Source of the DNA: Lama glama
Taxonomy: Eukaryota
NCBI GenBank assembly: GCA_028534125.1
Contig: CM052816.1
Span: 9,612,001-9,676,000, forward strand
DNA length: 64,000 bases
Direction: 5' to 3'
Positions 16,416-32,079 of the stretch are shown here, one piece after another. Positions within the stretch are counted from its first letter, which is position 1. The number at the start of each line of letters is the position of its first letter. The notes under the pieces were generated by a model. The model saw only the letters and a program-made list of their open reading frames with translations. It was not told the origin of the DNA and searched no databases. Both the position numbers and the translations under genes were made by a program.

Positions 16416-16758
16416 CCTCTGGAGGGTAGGACAAGTACCAGGTGGTGGATATTGGAGAGCGAGGGCAGGATTTTGCCTCATTCAAAGAACAAAGCAAAAC
16501 AAAAAACCCAACAATTTTTAAAACAATTAAAACTGTCTTCCAAACAGAGAACATATTGGTTGTGAAATAATAATTCTCTCACCTACTGTATTCTACCTGC
16601 TGTATTCCCTCTCCCCCACCACCCAGGACTCTTTAAAGAGAAATCTGAATTTTTATACGAGTCTCACAAGCATTTCTTTTGCCACCATCAATCAGCAAAG
16701 CCATTTCTAAAATCCTCATTATCCCCTTTTGGTGAATATTCAGCTGTATGGCATTTCA

Positions 16759-16959
<201 letters not shown>

Positions 16960-17151
16960 CTACAAAATAATGCCGAAGCAATCATAAGAAAGGCTTTTAA
17001 TTTAGCATTCAAGGCTTCTATTTCTGTATCATAAGATGCTAACTATGCAATGGAATTTAAGTTTGTTGTGGATGAAATTTGCAAGTGAGTGAACATGTTC
17101 TATCATTCTTTGAATTTAGTATTTTATCAATCAGTTGATGTCAAATGTTCA

Positions 17152-17349
<198 letters not shown>

Positions 17350-20060
17350 TTAGAGCCAAGCTCATCTTTCTACTGGTCAATATTGAGCAGGCACTTATAA
17401 TTTGCATCAAAAGTTAAAAGAACAACAAAAAAAGAGATTTCCTTTTTAAATTTTCATAAGGCTAACACTACAGCTGAACAAATGGTTAAACAAAAGAATT
17501 CCTTTAGTAACAGAGGAAATGTGTCAAACTCCACTTATTCTGAATCGATACTTTACAGCTGACACTTTTAATTTATTATTCTCTTTTTTGTTGTAGCTGC
17601 TGCTTTTAAGGCACAGAAATCTTCAGCCAGGAACAATACACTTTTAACCCAGATGGCTTAGACCTACTTGACTGGTAAGTGAGGAAGTACCACTCACCTA
17701 ACCACCATCCTCCTCCCCTAAAGGTGCTCTGGTCCATAAAACCTCTAGGCTCTATACAGCACACCACTAAAAAATGAGTAAGATATGAGCCCCATCTCCA
17801 GGAAGCTCACAGCTTTAACCTAAATCCCATCTCAAACTAGATTCTCTTAGTTTATCCATTTCCCAATAATTACTCTATCTTGTATTTAACTATCACTCTC
17901 ATGACATTTTAGACAACTCATTCTCCTGAAAAAGACAGATGCAAGTTTGCTGAGAGAACTTAAGTGATCCAAAACGAGAGGATGCTGAGTGGACAGAAAA
18001 CTATCAGGGTGTCCAGTTGTGTTTCATGGTGGGAATCAACTAGATGGGAAAAGAGAGATGGGTTACTTCCACCACAGGAGCTGCCGGTGACATAAGTGAG
18101 GAGAACAGGTCTCATACAGATGATACTTTATTACCTGGGGCTTTTTTGTTTTTAATGGAGGCTGTCAGAAAGCCAACTGTCTGCTCACTAATGACAAATG
18201 AAAATATTAATTTTCCAGAATAAAATTGAAGCCCCAAATCACATACTACAGTTTTCGAAAGTTGTTCTGTTTGTACAAGGCTAGCCTAGATATGTTAACT
18301 TCAGAATCACAAAAATGAAGAGTAAGAAGGGACCTCAAAGATTACCTGGCCTAATTATAGTAACAGTTCTTACTGTTGTCTTGTACAGCAACTTTACTCA
18401 CTGAGCCATTCAGTGTGTTAACCATTTTACATGTTTTCTTATCTATTCTCACAACCCAGTGAAAAAGCTTATCACAAATGTAAAAAATGAACTTGACCTC
18501 TGTCAATGTCCATCCTCTTTTGTTGTACATTACACATTACCTCTTACCAAAGAATGCGTAATGCTCCACCTTCTTTACAAAGATGGTGTGAGAGTATGGT
18601 TCAAACATATGTAAACCATAAAGTGCTATACAAAAACCTTAGTTAGCATTACTGTGTAGAGAATCAGAGTTTAAACTCCAGAGACTAGACCAAGATGGCA
18701 TTAGCAAAGCATGGTTAGTGAGATCTTATTCTAGCCAAAGACTGTTTGCCTTGACTCTCTCACATTTGTTGCAGGGATGGGAAGCCTTGGGCTCACAGGT
18801 ATTTATCACAGTCTAAAAGAAATCAGCAATGTGTAGACAAATTCTTTTCTAATTTGATAGGGGCAGAGATTTTAATTGAGATATTGTACCACACGGGAGC
18901 TCTGCTATCTTGTCTCTTTATGTAGTGCATTAACCCCATCTCCACAATTCCTACTGGCCTAACCTCTATTAAAAGTAAATCTAATAATGAGAAATGGCAG
19001 TCATTTTCACAGTACCCTACTTTTTTTCTGTCTTGCTATAAATAATCACTCTCTGGAACATGATAAATCCTTCTCTCTTAGAATCGTTTCTTTTGAGTAT
19101 CTGAATGCAAATATGGTTCGCCTCCCACCAAGCTAAGTTCTAGCCTCAAGACTTTGCAATGGTCTTCACAAAAAGATACAGTGATAAACTCTGGTCAACA
19201 CGGTAGAACAGAACAAGACAATTATCTCCCTAGCCCTTCACTTCTATTAAGGCCCCATCCCTCCTTGGCCAGCCCCACAGCTTCATCACACTTTCATCAA
19301 CAATATTCAGGATATGAATATTGTTGATAAAAGGCAGTAAAAAACAAAAGACATTCAAAATTGCTAAACGACAGTAACTAAAGGGCACCGATTAACAAAT
19401 TGGTATTAACTGAAAAGAAGCCTGATTAGCCATTAAATATTAATGTTTCCCTTTCAAGTATGCTCTGCTTAACTAAAGTCATCAACTTTCTTTTCTGGTG
19501 GTCTTTTTAACTGAAGTCCATTTGTTGTGGTTAGACCACTAGCTCGGAGTTCTTCACCTGCAAGGCCAATGCATTATTTGAGAAATTGCCAAGACCTAGT
19601 ATAGGCCTTTTAAAAGTGCTTGAGAAATGAAAGTTCCAGAAGTACAATTTCTGTGGTCCACAACTAGAGCAGCTTTACAAAAATTAAAAAATATTTTTTT
19701 TAACCAAAAGATGCCATTAAGGGGTACAGGAAAACTATGAAAACTTGCATCGTGTTAGAAAGGGCACTTTGTCTAACATGGCAGATATATATTTAATCAA
19801 TCAAGGGTCAATAAGTAATCTCCAATCGTGTATTTGTGAAACAGACTAATGTAGTTTCTTAAGGAGTAGGAAATGAAAAGAGACCACTAAAACAGGTAAA
19901 ATGTATTTTATCAACCTAAATAATTTAGATAAAATTCAGCCTCCCTACCTACAAGATGCCTTAGACTGCCTATTCCAAGACAACAAGGAACTTTTGATTG
20001 AAACATTATTATCAGTTTCCAGTAGGGTTCCCCTGTACATTACAGGCTAAATCCACTTAC

Positions 20061-20194
20061 CACTTGGCATGTACTCCCACCACCGCCCTGCACAGAGATC
20101 CACAACCCTCACAACTCTCAGATATAGGGTTACTGCTTCCTTTAGCTTCCGGGAAAGACATTCCATACACATGATATCCTGCAGAGGGAGGTAC
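20061..20194 (-). CDS. FBXO38: FBXO38 exon 3 (F-box: [44 protein letters not shown])
   Basis: Acceptor tctcacaaag|G TAC, donor AGTG|gtaagt; 134 nt. Confidence 0.96.
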
Positions 20195-23100
20195 CTTTGT
20201 GAGAAAAAGAAACTCATATTTATCAAATGGGTAAGTACTTCCTCTCACTGACAGGTTATTTTTTTCCTTCCTCCAATCTCCCACCCCTCGAATGAAATAA
20301 GACATTAGGAATATTCACAGAGTTTTAAGACTAATATGCATATATAGCTTTTTACTTAAAAAAATGAATCAGCAAATACTCAAGCATCTAAATAAAGTAG
20401 TGAGCTTGCTCCACAAAGCAGCTAATACATCCTGCTTTTCTCCTTTTAAGTTTTGACCAACAAAGAAAATAAAAAAAAAAAATAGGAAGGAAAAAATTTC
20501 AGTATATTTCAAGGCATGATGCTAAGGAAACGTACAAAATATCAGAGAGAACTGATCAATCTGAACCTAACCAGTATTATTTCATAGCTTTTATAGAATC
20601 CATTTCCCACCATGGCTAAAGAAGAATTCCTCTGCTCCTGTTTACCACCACCCAGAAACTCTATTATTTTCTTCATCAACAAATATGTACACTAGGTTTA
20701 TATACTACACATTTTTTTCCTAGATCTTTTACCTTTTAATCACATACTCTTATTAATAAAAGTATTGCATAAGCATTAAGTGAAAACACTCATCTGATTT
20801 ACAATTTCCTCTTTTCCCACGTCCCATTATCTCTTCCTTCCTGAAACTTTTCACCTACTTTTGTTCTGTTTTCAGTAATACCAATATATATTCTGAAAGA
20901 TAGAAAATCTCATCTCTCTTTCTTAACACACCTCCAGGCATAACCTAGATTAAATTTTTTTTTTTAAAGGCAAAAGCTACACTTTCTTGACTCAGTATTG
21001 TGTCACTGTTTCCGCAATTTTGCAAGCTAAGTTGTTTTCTTGTTTGCAACACAGGCCTCCCCTAGTCCTTTTTCTTCCCTTCTCTGTTCTGCTGTGTTCT
21101 CCACCCCTCCGGCGATCAGTTGACTTTGGCCGATGGAAGGCAGGGCAAAGGCTTTCAGCTAGTCTCCTAGCTGAACTAAATTCCTGAACATCCTTTATTG
21201 GTATCCTTAACCTTAACTACACCTCTCTAAATAATCCCTTTATTAAATTATCTTTAGATTCCAGCCAAGTATAGCTTCTTTCCTGCTAGAACCCTCATTG
21301 ATATAGTGGATGCTATTATTATTTCACTTTACAAGTGGTAAAATTGGCTCAGTAAAGTTAACCAGTAAAAAGTCAACAGCTAGGTAAGAGAGGATGAGGA
21401 GGGATGTCAACAGGTGGGTCTGTCTAATTCCTAAAAATTAAGCTAATTCTAAAGGGAAGACCAAGTATGCCTGCTGAATATTTCTCTGCTCCATTCTCTT
21501 CTATTTCTGGCCCCCCTGCTTTTTCCTTTAAAACTATTTAAATAAAGAGAATAAAGTCACATCAAATTTTCTACCAAAAAAAAAGCATTACTGCTAACTT
21601 AATTTATATTTTCCATAACTTAGACATAAGTAGGATAATTTTCAGAAACTATAGGACTACACATTTTATAAACAATGAAAAGTATTGAATTTGTTTTCTA
21701 AATAGTTTTGCCATTAAAACATTGCTTACCCAAATCATTGATTTTTATCCAAAGTATCTGCCTGAGTTAATATTATACCCCCTTGAAATATAAGTATCAG
21801 TAATCTTAAGATTATTTTATATCATATTTGCCCTTAGAAAATAAAATATATTTTTACTTCAAAGATAAGGCAAATGAAATATATTTTAGAAAAGATAAGT
21901 TTAACATGGCAGGTACAGCAAAGATTAGGTTTCTTTTAAGGAAGCTGTAGTTTTTCTTGTTTCATGAAAACATGCTAAATAGTTACTACAAGACTACAAA
22001 ATGATTCCTCAAAGAAAAACTTCAGAAGCCTAAAAATAAATGTTTATTTTTAGAATAAACATCTCATACCAAATTCAAGTACCCAGCTTAGTTCACAGCT
22101 CTCCTTCTCTTCTGCCAATCTGCTGCATGTTTTTTCATTATTACCAGGGTAACAGCCTTCTACTTGACTCCACCCCTTCTATTTGAATATTCTATTTGAA
22201 CTGCAAAATCTGATCTACTCTCAATTTAAAATATCATCAAATTTGTTCAGAATATGTCCTACCATTAGTTAACAAACATCTACTCACATCCCTAGAAACA
22301 ATTTTACGTATGCTTTCTTCTAGAAGAATTTTAATAGCTTCACTGTTTAATTCACTGATAAGTTTATAATTCAGTTTTCAGATATAAGAGATAAGAACAT
22401 GCTTTTATTATTTTCTTCAAATGTTTTTAGGTTGTGAATTCATCACTGAATAATTCACTCAGTTTTTCCTCATTGATGTGACTACCAATTTTATCATGAG
22501 CTAGGTCCCCATGTATATTTGAATCTACATAAGGAGCCTACACATGTTTATGTTTTACCCAAATGTCTGGCAAGATATCTTCTTCAGTACCAAATCTTTA
22601 ATTATTGTATAATTTTAGAATATATTTGAACATCTGATAGAGTTAGATTCTTTTTCTGAAAAATTTTGGCTACAGACTTTTTTTTTGCCAGATGAACTCT
22701 GGTATCCTGTTATGTTAAAAAAAAAGTCTGTTCTTTTAATTGGGCCTTCTATTTTCAGACGGAACTGAAACAAAACTACATTGTGTTACAGAATAACAAA
22801 CTGCAGAAGATAGAGGCTAAAAATTTATACTAGAAAAGAAAAACAAAGTGCCGTGGTTCCCTAAAGTAACTCTCTGTATCTATTCTAAAACGTATTAATC
22901 TGCAGATATTCAGTAATTTTTTAAAAATGCAAAATGTTTCTAGGTACTTCATATATGGAAATATCCCCGAGGTAAATAATGTAAAACAACAGAAAATCCA
23001 GATGCTTAGAAAAGTTAATTGTATTATATAAGAGAAACAGTGGAAGCAATTCAGATCAAAGAACATAAGAAAAAAGGTGAAAAGATGATTACTATGTTAC

Positions 23101-23736
23101 AGTCAATGGAAGAGAAAGTGGTGACTAAAATGATACCTGTGAAGACTATGTAGCAATGTGAAAAAGGGCACAACACAGTCATAACCATTAACACTTACCA
23201 AGCATTTATGCCATGCAGTGTATTAAGTGCTTTAAAAGCACTGTCTCACTGAATCCTTATAATTTCATCTTTATATCTACCACTGGTCCAGTGAGTAAGA
23301 GATTCAAACTCCAGTCTCTCCCTCTAGACACAAAGTATGTTAAGATTTGTTTATTTGAGTGGATAATGAAAGAAGAGAGTAGGGGAAATTGGAATGACAG
23401 CTTTTTTGGTTGTTTTTGTTTGTTTTTTTTAATAGTAGTTGTACTACAGTTTAGATAAAAACATAATTTAAAAAGATTTTGAAAAAAGTTTATCTCAAAA
23501 CAACTTTAATATGTGCACTGCATGTAGTAATGATGGGTATGACTTCATAAAACTGGTTTTCAATTACTTACATATATGTACATACTAAGCAAAATGTGTT
23601 TCTTACTATGGACTGTAGCCAAGAAGTCTGAAACCACTGCCTTACGTTATATGCACATGCCACCGTAATAACGAAAGCCAGCAAATCTATCAGTCATTAA
23701 GAATTCCAAGAAGCCTGGAATGTTAACAGTTTAGAC

Positions 23737-23911
23737 AACGGCTGTCCAATAGAACTTTACAAAGGAAATACTCTCTGTCTTCACTGTCTGTGCCATCCTG
23801 TACAGTAGCCACTAGCCACATACAGCTAGTACAACCGAGGAACTGGACATTTTACTTAATTTAAATGTCACAGGTAGCTAGTAACTACCACGCTGGACAG
23901 CACAGCTCTAG
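23737..23911 (+). mobile_element. MER3-like hAT MITE
   Basis: gctgtccaatagaacttt...gtagccactagccacat...ctggacagcacagctctag. Confidence 0.7.
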
Positions 23912-23965
23912 GTTTGCTCCTACTTACACAGTCTAGTTGGTGAAAGTCAACCACACAAAACCTTA

Positions 23966-24148
<183 letters not shown>

Positions 24149-27100
24149 TCAAAGCACCTGAAAGCAAGCAGAGAGAGTGTAGAAAACACACCAAACCCAG
24201 ATGCAGAAATTATCCCAATAAAACCTAGGTAAAACAATGTCTGTTTTAGAATACAGACACAGAAAGGTAGTACTACGACAATGGTGCAGACTACATTCAA
24301 ATTAATAAAAATATTACACAAAAGGCACAGAACAGTTTTTTGTGAAGAGCAGTAGGGATTAAAATGTATTATTTAGAATGAGCAAAAAGCCAAGGAATGA
24401 GGAGTCTGGGATTCTCTGTACTCAGTTGCTTCCTAGCTAGTTCACTCTAGGTTTCACCAAGCATCAAATTCTTCAAATATAAGGCAAGATCATTAAACTA
24501 GCTAGACAAAATCCCTTCTAACTCCAGGAGCTTGTGATTCTAGGACTGCCCCTAACATAGCAGAAGGAAGAAGACCCTTAGATTCTAGCCATGGATCTGC
24601 CACAAACTACTACTACGAATTTAAGTCACCTTTTAAATTCTTCATTCTCCCACCTATAAAGCGAGGGGATCAGACTCCACCAGTGGGCCACATATCCTTT
24701 TATGGATCTGACAAAAACTATGGACAGCCTCCTCAAAAAACAAAAACAAAACACTCAATTTTATGTGTAACTTCAGAGGAAGAATAAAACCACTCTTCTC
24801 CCTCTCCCATAAATATTAAGGAGCAGAGGTTAATTCACTTTTGTATCAAATGCAAAACTGAATTAAGCTCTGCTCCTGCTCCTTAGAGAGGTGAGGAAGA
24901 GGGGAAGTAAGGGAAAAGGAAAGAGGAATGGAGTGGGGGAAAGAGATAAAGTCAGATGGTTTTTTTGTTTTATTTTGCTGATCAGGTTAAAAGGGAACTG
25001 TGTGAAAACAGTCTCCTTTAAATAGCATTATCAATTATCTCTGGTAAGAATTCTGGAAAATTATCTGGACTCCTACGTAGAGAACTAGAGTTCAGAGCTT
25101 AAATTTAACCATGCTACAGTAATGTACGTAATTGCTGTCCCAAATCAATCTCTAGCTTAAATAGTGTTTGCTCCTTTTTATGTACCAACTTTTTTGCTAG
25201 TTATAATCTGTACTATCAAAACTTTCTAAAGTGGACCACATGCTTCTATTTCCTTACAGTGCTGACTCAATAAAAGCATAACCTTTTCCTGATGACCTGA
25301 GGTTATCAATATGAATATACAGTATATTCTGTGATATATTCTCAGGGACTACTGAACAAAATGGAGTTCCTGGGGTTCCTCTGCTTCAGCAGTAAATGGG
25401 AACAAACTGCAAGGCCAAGGGAATTCTCATATTTCTTGTGCTTGTGTGTACTCTGGTCTCTTCCTCCTTCACTGAAAGGTTATGTGCTGTTACTTCTGGC
25501 AGGTGTCAGCATGCTTGCTTCTCCCTGCACTTCATACGTGCACACACACACACCCCCCTCTAGTTTGTTGCTTCTAATTAGTTATGGCCTGGGAAACCAA
25601 AGAAATAAGCTTTTAGAATTGTGTGTGGATTAGTATCGACAGACAACTAGTAGTATGAACCTAAGAAATTCTGTAAAGACTAGGCACATGAGCCACAGTT
25701 CAGTAAATCTGTGACATGACATCTATTTTGCCTTTTGAGAAGCTGATTTATATGTTGTCCATCACACTTTGGCTAACAGATTCTTGGAGAAGTAAAGTTT
25801 ACTCTCAGAAGTCCCCACAAAAAAAGTTGTAAATGTGCTTATCCATTTTCTGATCATCAGTGTCCACCTTTTCCTATTTACTGCTCTTCCCCCACTAAAT
25901 GAATGACTTTCCATCTTATGATTGTTCCTGAAACCACGCTAAGTTTATTTTGACCTGGTCATCAAATCCCATAGCCTCTTTTCAATGCTCCCCCATCTGA
26001 ACCTTCTGTAGGATGGGTCACTGGTAACTACATCTTCTTTGAAACCCACTCATTCTTTGGCTCCCAAAGTGATATTGTCTTGGACCTCTTCATTATTCTA
26101 TGACCACACTTCAATCTCCTTTGCCAGTTCACCCCAGAACCCTCTTCCCTCTGGGGAATTGTATCCATTCTCAAGGCTTCAGCTACTATAAATACACTTA
26201 AAAAGGTATCTACTTCTAAGTCCTGTCTCTCCTAAGCTGACCTTAATTTTATTTCCTCTGTCTATCAGAAACCTTTATCTCAATCCCTTGATCATCCTTC
26301 AAAGAAAATATTAGGTCCAAAACTCTCTTCACAACCACAAACCACCCCCTGCTCTGTCCTAAAACACACACTCACCCCTACACCTGTGCTCCCTACTGCA
26401 GTTTACCAGATTAGAAACGTTGAAATCAGCATCAATATATCATGCTCTCTCTCACTTACCAGACACCTGATGGGCTATTTTTACCAATGTTACCACAACT
26501 CTGCTCTTGCATTCATTTGCACTGGCTTTGAGACCTCTATCAACCCTCATTTGGGCTACTGCAATGGTTTCCTAAATGACGTCCACCAGTGTATCCCAAA
26601 GGCCTGGAACAAAGCCTACACAGTAGGCCCACGATAAGTAATCAGCTGAATAAATGCTTACTATACCATAATCCACACTGAAACTAGAGTTGTATTTTTA
26701 AACTACAACTGATTGCTATATTAAATGAAAAAAGCAAGATGTGGAATATGTCAAAAGTATTACCCACTTGCATAAAAGAAAAAGGATAAATATGCTTCTG
26801 TTTGCATGAGACAATTTTAGAAGGACCCACAACAAAGTATTAACAGTGGTTACCTCTGGGGAGTAAGAATAGAGGTCTTAGAAAAGTAGTAAAGAAATTT
26901 TTACTTTTCATATTCTTCTCCACTGTCTGAAAATGTTAGATTGTTTTTAAAGAAATATAATATATAGAACCAAACAGAAACCAGTTCGCCTACAAGGAAC
27001 CCCAGTTTCCAGAGGCTAAAATCTTTCCAATCTGGTCTCAAGCCACCTTTCCAATCTCATCTTTCAGTTCTTACCACTTGTTCCTCAGGACACTCACTCC

Positions 27101-27202
27101 AGCCACATCAATATCCTCAGTCTACCCGTTTCTTTAACATTCATCTTTCCATTTCTAATAAGCTACTAATTTTGGCTAGAATGTCCTTCCCTTATTACCC
27201 TC

Positions 27203-27234
<32 letters not shown>

Positions 27235-28516
27235 GGCATAGAAAGCCACTCTTCTGCCTTCAAAATCTAGTTGAAATGTTAAGTCCTCTGAAAAAAACAT
27301 CTTCTCAACTCCTCTTTTGAGCTCCCTGTGAGACTTAACATATGCTTCTCCCGCAGCAACTTGTATAGTATTTTACTGGTCATGGTTCTGCCAGGAAAAG
27401 GAAAAGAATCTCCACGTCCTGCCACTGGGTGATGACAAGTCCTTGTTCATAATAAATTGGCCAGTGTCTGATGTGTGAATATCCATCAGTCTTTCCATTA
27501 TTCCATATGGTCCCAGTAGCTTCAAGGCTGCTCAGAACCATTTCATGCTCCTAGGGGCACTCTGTTTGCCACCACAGCACTCAGTGATCTCAGCAACAAG
27601 CCTGTGACACTGGCAAAAATGCAATCACATTTTACTCCAATAAGGACATGTAACAATAGCTACCCTGAGGCATGCAGATACATTGTTGAGACTATTAACC
27701 AGTACAGATCAATCCAACCATGGATTAATTCTCCAGTTAAGATAGTTTAGCACAAGTTTCATCTTTAACAAACTCACCTTTGACAACTCTAACTGTTCAT
27801 GGATACCATGTTCTTGACTTTTAATCCTTTTATTAAAAATCTTTCTTATTCCTTCCCTTTTCTTTTTCTTGAGCAAATTCACACCGCTTAATCATCTTAT
27901 GATTAAGAAGAACCATCTTGTGATTCCACCTTTTATTGCTCTTTACTATTCTGCAATGCTGTGGTTTTGTAGGATTCAGATTTAGTAGCTCCAGCACACA
28001 ACCTACACTTGAATTTTTGAACCAGACTGAACCTTAAATATCAATGAGTTTATATAAGTTGACTTATTTAGAATTCAGAAAAAATATTTACTCACAGATA
28101 CAACGTTATATAGAGGTTAGTTTAGGTCTCCACCAAGTCCACAAAAATCTAACCTATGGTATGCATTAACACTGCCTACCAATGGGCCAAAACTGAATTG
28201 GTAGGAGTGTGACAAAAATTTAAGTGAAACTGTATACATATTTCCCATATCTCATCTAGAACTGAAGGCTTGGTCATGCAGCTACTTATTTGATGGCAGG
28301 TGTAGCAGTGACTCCCCTACTTGCCTTTGGTGGGGAAGGGACTTGTAGAGATGAACATTAAGGATAATAAGGTCACCATCTTCCATCTAGGGACTTAACA
28401 GTTCAGGACCCATAGCTGGCAGAAATCCCTCAGTCCTCCCCAGTCCAAGTAGGTGCCCCGGCAATGTTAATGATGGACTCATTTATTTTCCCTTACCACC
28501 ACTCAAACTCTGCTAA

Positions 28517-28721
28517 GCGCGCGCACGCACACACACACACAACTGTTTCAACTAAACTTGCCTTCATTGTCATTTAAGTGAAATATGTGACCAGAGTATG
28601 CTGAGAGCATTTCATTCTGGGCACTCAGTACAGAGGCCTGGTATCCCTGGTTGAGAAGAAAACACCATGAAAGACACAGAGTACCAAGTAACAATGCTAT
28701 CTCTCTTGTATGCACGCTCGG

Positions 28722-28754
<33 letters not shown>
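28517..28754. repeat. Microsatellites: (GC)n(CA)n at ~28517-28540 and (CT)n at ~28723-28754
   Basis: Directly visible. Confidence 0.9.
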
Positions 28755-28757
<3 letters not shown>

Positions 28758-31700
28758 TGCTTGTCTTTTCGTGGGATGAGGGATAAAAGCAGGTGAGAAC
28801 AGAAGACTGCCATGACTGACTAGCCTTCTATGTCTTGGTTTCTTCCTGCCCTATCTCCAAAATATCACCACGTGCCTCTTGAGAAACTCAACAAGGTAGG
28901 GAAGGTCCAAAGCAGCAGAAGGTTAAAAGGGAAAGAGGAAAGGACGGAAATTCCAGTTATCAGCAGTAGATAAAGGTATCTAACCCACTGGAGCAGGCCT
29001 AGCAAAGGAGTCAAGGAGGGCGAGAGGTGAGTACAAACATGGAGAGACTATATTTTGCAGCACTATATGTTATTTTCTAAGGTCAGCAAGTTCTAGAGGC
29101 TGGGATTCTAAATCTCAAAGAAACGTCATTCTGAATCCCAGAATGTTAACAGCTGAAGGGGCCCTCAGGGACTAATCACACAGTTCTTCATTTTTGTGGG
29201 TCACAAACCTATCTGAGACGATGAAGAAAGCTGTACATCCATCCAAGAGAAAAACAAAACACAGCCAGACTCATACACAATTTCAGGGGCTTCACAGAGA
29301 CATGGAAGCTCATTCAAACGTTCCTATCCAAGACTGGTCCCTCAATTTTCAGATGGACAAACAGGACCCGAGAGTATAAATCACTCGCTAAGGGCATATA
29401 TTAAGTGTCAGAGCTCAGGCTGGGATTTAACCTTCCCAGCCTACAATATACAACCTGTCATCAAATCGGTAGTCTGCACCTCGGCTGGCTGCCTGCATTC
29501 CGGAGCTGTGCCCCAGTGCTCTGAGCTGCGCTTCTGGATGCCCTGACAGAACGGCTGCTGACCACACCCTCCTTCATAAATTAGAGCTTATGGCCCACCT
29601 AATTTAGGCTCCCACACGGTAGCCTACAACAGCCCTGGGTCTCCTATAGTCATACTGTGACTGGCTATTTAGCAGACCTTAGCCATGGGAAGAATCGTTT
29701 TTGTCCTGGCAGCCCAAATACATTCTAAGGCATAAGCCTCAATTATTTGCGAGCATTCTTTAAACTTGAGAAACTCAACAAGGTAAGGAAGGTCCCTTAC
29801 ATAACACAATTTCTCTTAGGTGTGCTCCTCTCCTTCCAGCCTGCCAGTTCAAACCTCTTCCTATCCCAAACTGGACTACACTATCCTCTACTAATGTAAT
29901 TCACCCTGATTGCTCCTAAATTTATCTTTTAAACCTTAACCCTCAAGGCTATTTCTGGCTCTTGAAGGGGAGCTCCAACATTTTCTTGCAAAAATCAAGT
30001 TGTTTTCCTTTTAATTCTCTATTTTCATTATAGAAGTTTTAACACTTACTGTTCACAATTCTGACAATCACTGATACTGATAAAAGTCCTACATAAATCC
30101 ACTCCTTTACTCCCTAATAGTACGACTTATACCTGTTCCATCTTGTCAACATCTTCCTCCATGCTTGACTTATTCTACTAATAACTCTCTTCCACAGATC
30201 ACACCGGATTCTCCAGGGTGTTTGTCTCTTACCAACATACTTTATAGAGTATAGAGATAAACCAGCTTCTCTTGACTTCCCTTACAACTAATCATAAAAC
30301 TTAGGGACCTCTTCTTTTATAAAACTTGCACAATGCTGAATCAATTTCCCACACTGTATCTAATTAATAACAATTCTCTGGAAAAACTCCTTTTTTAAAT
30401 TGCTATTATCTATCCATTCATCCATCCAATCATTCCCTCTTTCAATTATTTATTACTGCCTACCAAGTGCTAGGGGGTGACAGTCTTTCTTCCCATGAAG
30501 CTTACAGTCTCAGAGTAGAGAGAGATTCTACCACCAGTTTCTTACAACTCAGCCACTCCAATTAGTATAACTTACTTTTATTAACCTTACCAAAAATATC
30601 TCCCATGTAAAACTTTTCAGTGTCTTCAGTCATCCTATCTGGTCAACCCTTCACGTTTCTAATACCTTTCTTTAGTTTCTACTGCCTTCAGCTTGCTCAT
30701 GTCAAAGTAATACTGCATGTCACTTAATTTGACACCATTCTGCACCATAGATCTTCTATGTCTACTACTTATCACAGCCTCTCTTTTCTAAAGAAATGCC
30801 ACACCACATCCACTGAGCCACTCAGGAAAGAAAAAAAAAAAAGAAAGAAAAGAAAACAATTATAGTGCTGAAAAAGTCGAGGAATCATCCAGTCCAACCC
30901 TTCATTTTCCAGACAAGGAAAGTGAAAATCAGAGAGGTAAACTGGCTTGACCAAAGTCACAAATCCAGCAAGTACCAGTGCTGAACAACAGATCCAGGCC
31001 TTTAACTTTAGCTCAAGTTTAATTTTATTTCACTGTCACTTTACCTTACTAAAATCTGGTTTTTCCTTTTTCTCTTATTCTATGCCTTAGTATCCTTCTT
31101 ACTAAAAATAAAGTATGTACTTCCAGGCACAGTCATTTAAACAAACACAAAAGCCTATATTCTTTACCCAAAGAGGACATAAGAATCACAGCATTGCAAA
31201 TTTTGAAGAGAGGAAAAGAAACTTAGTGGTCACTTAAACCAATAATTGTCAAAAATAAAAGCTGAAAACTAGAAGCACAGATGTTTCAATCTAGATGGCT
31301 ACATAATAACACCTTCCACACCCCACCTTTCCCCTCCTCCAGAAAAATCATGGTTTTATAGAACAATTATTTTATTCCTCAGTTGTGCTGAGAGTATGGG
31401 AAAGGGGATTAAGAACTTTTGTCCCAATCTAACACCTCTATTTACCAGATGAGAATTCTCCAGTCCAGAGAAAGCAAAGTATTTGCTCAAAGTAAACCAG
31501 CAAATGAGTAGCAGTTTTCAAACAAACAAACAAAAAAAACAAGGTGTCCTATTTTCCACATTTGTGTATTTTTACTCTGCTGGAATCGCTTTCTAAATCA
31601 AAGTCTTCAGAACAAAGCTGCTCACTGCACAGGAAACACAGGAACTTTCCTAAATACCCAGTTGCCCTTGGTCGGCTTGGTGTCTGGAAAACACAGGGAA

Positions 31701-32079
31701 GACACCTCTGATAAACCACCTCCTGGCTACGCAGGATGTAGAGAAGAGATGCTTTTCAGGTCTGTCTCTAAGGAAGGGCTCCTTGAAAGGGAGTTGAGAA
31801 TCTGATTCTAGAGCTAGGAGAGGCAATCAGAGAAATCCAACACCTTCATTTTACAGATCTGTAAACTGTGCAGCACAGAGGGTAACAGATCTGGGCAAGG
31901 TCAGAGAATGAGTCGGTGGACGAGGTAACACTAGAACTCAGGACTTCCGATCACTGGGCTGGCCGCCTCTCAAAGTTGTATTCACTGCGTCCTGCTCAGA
32001 AACATCCCCTCAGTAAACTGACCAAATGCCTTAATTCATTAGCTTAAACACTGACTTAACAGTAAAATCGTGGTATTAG

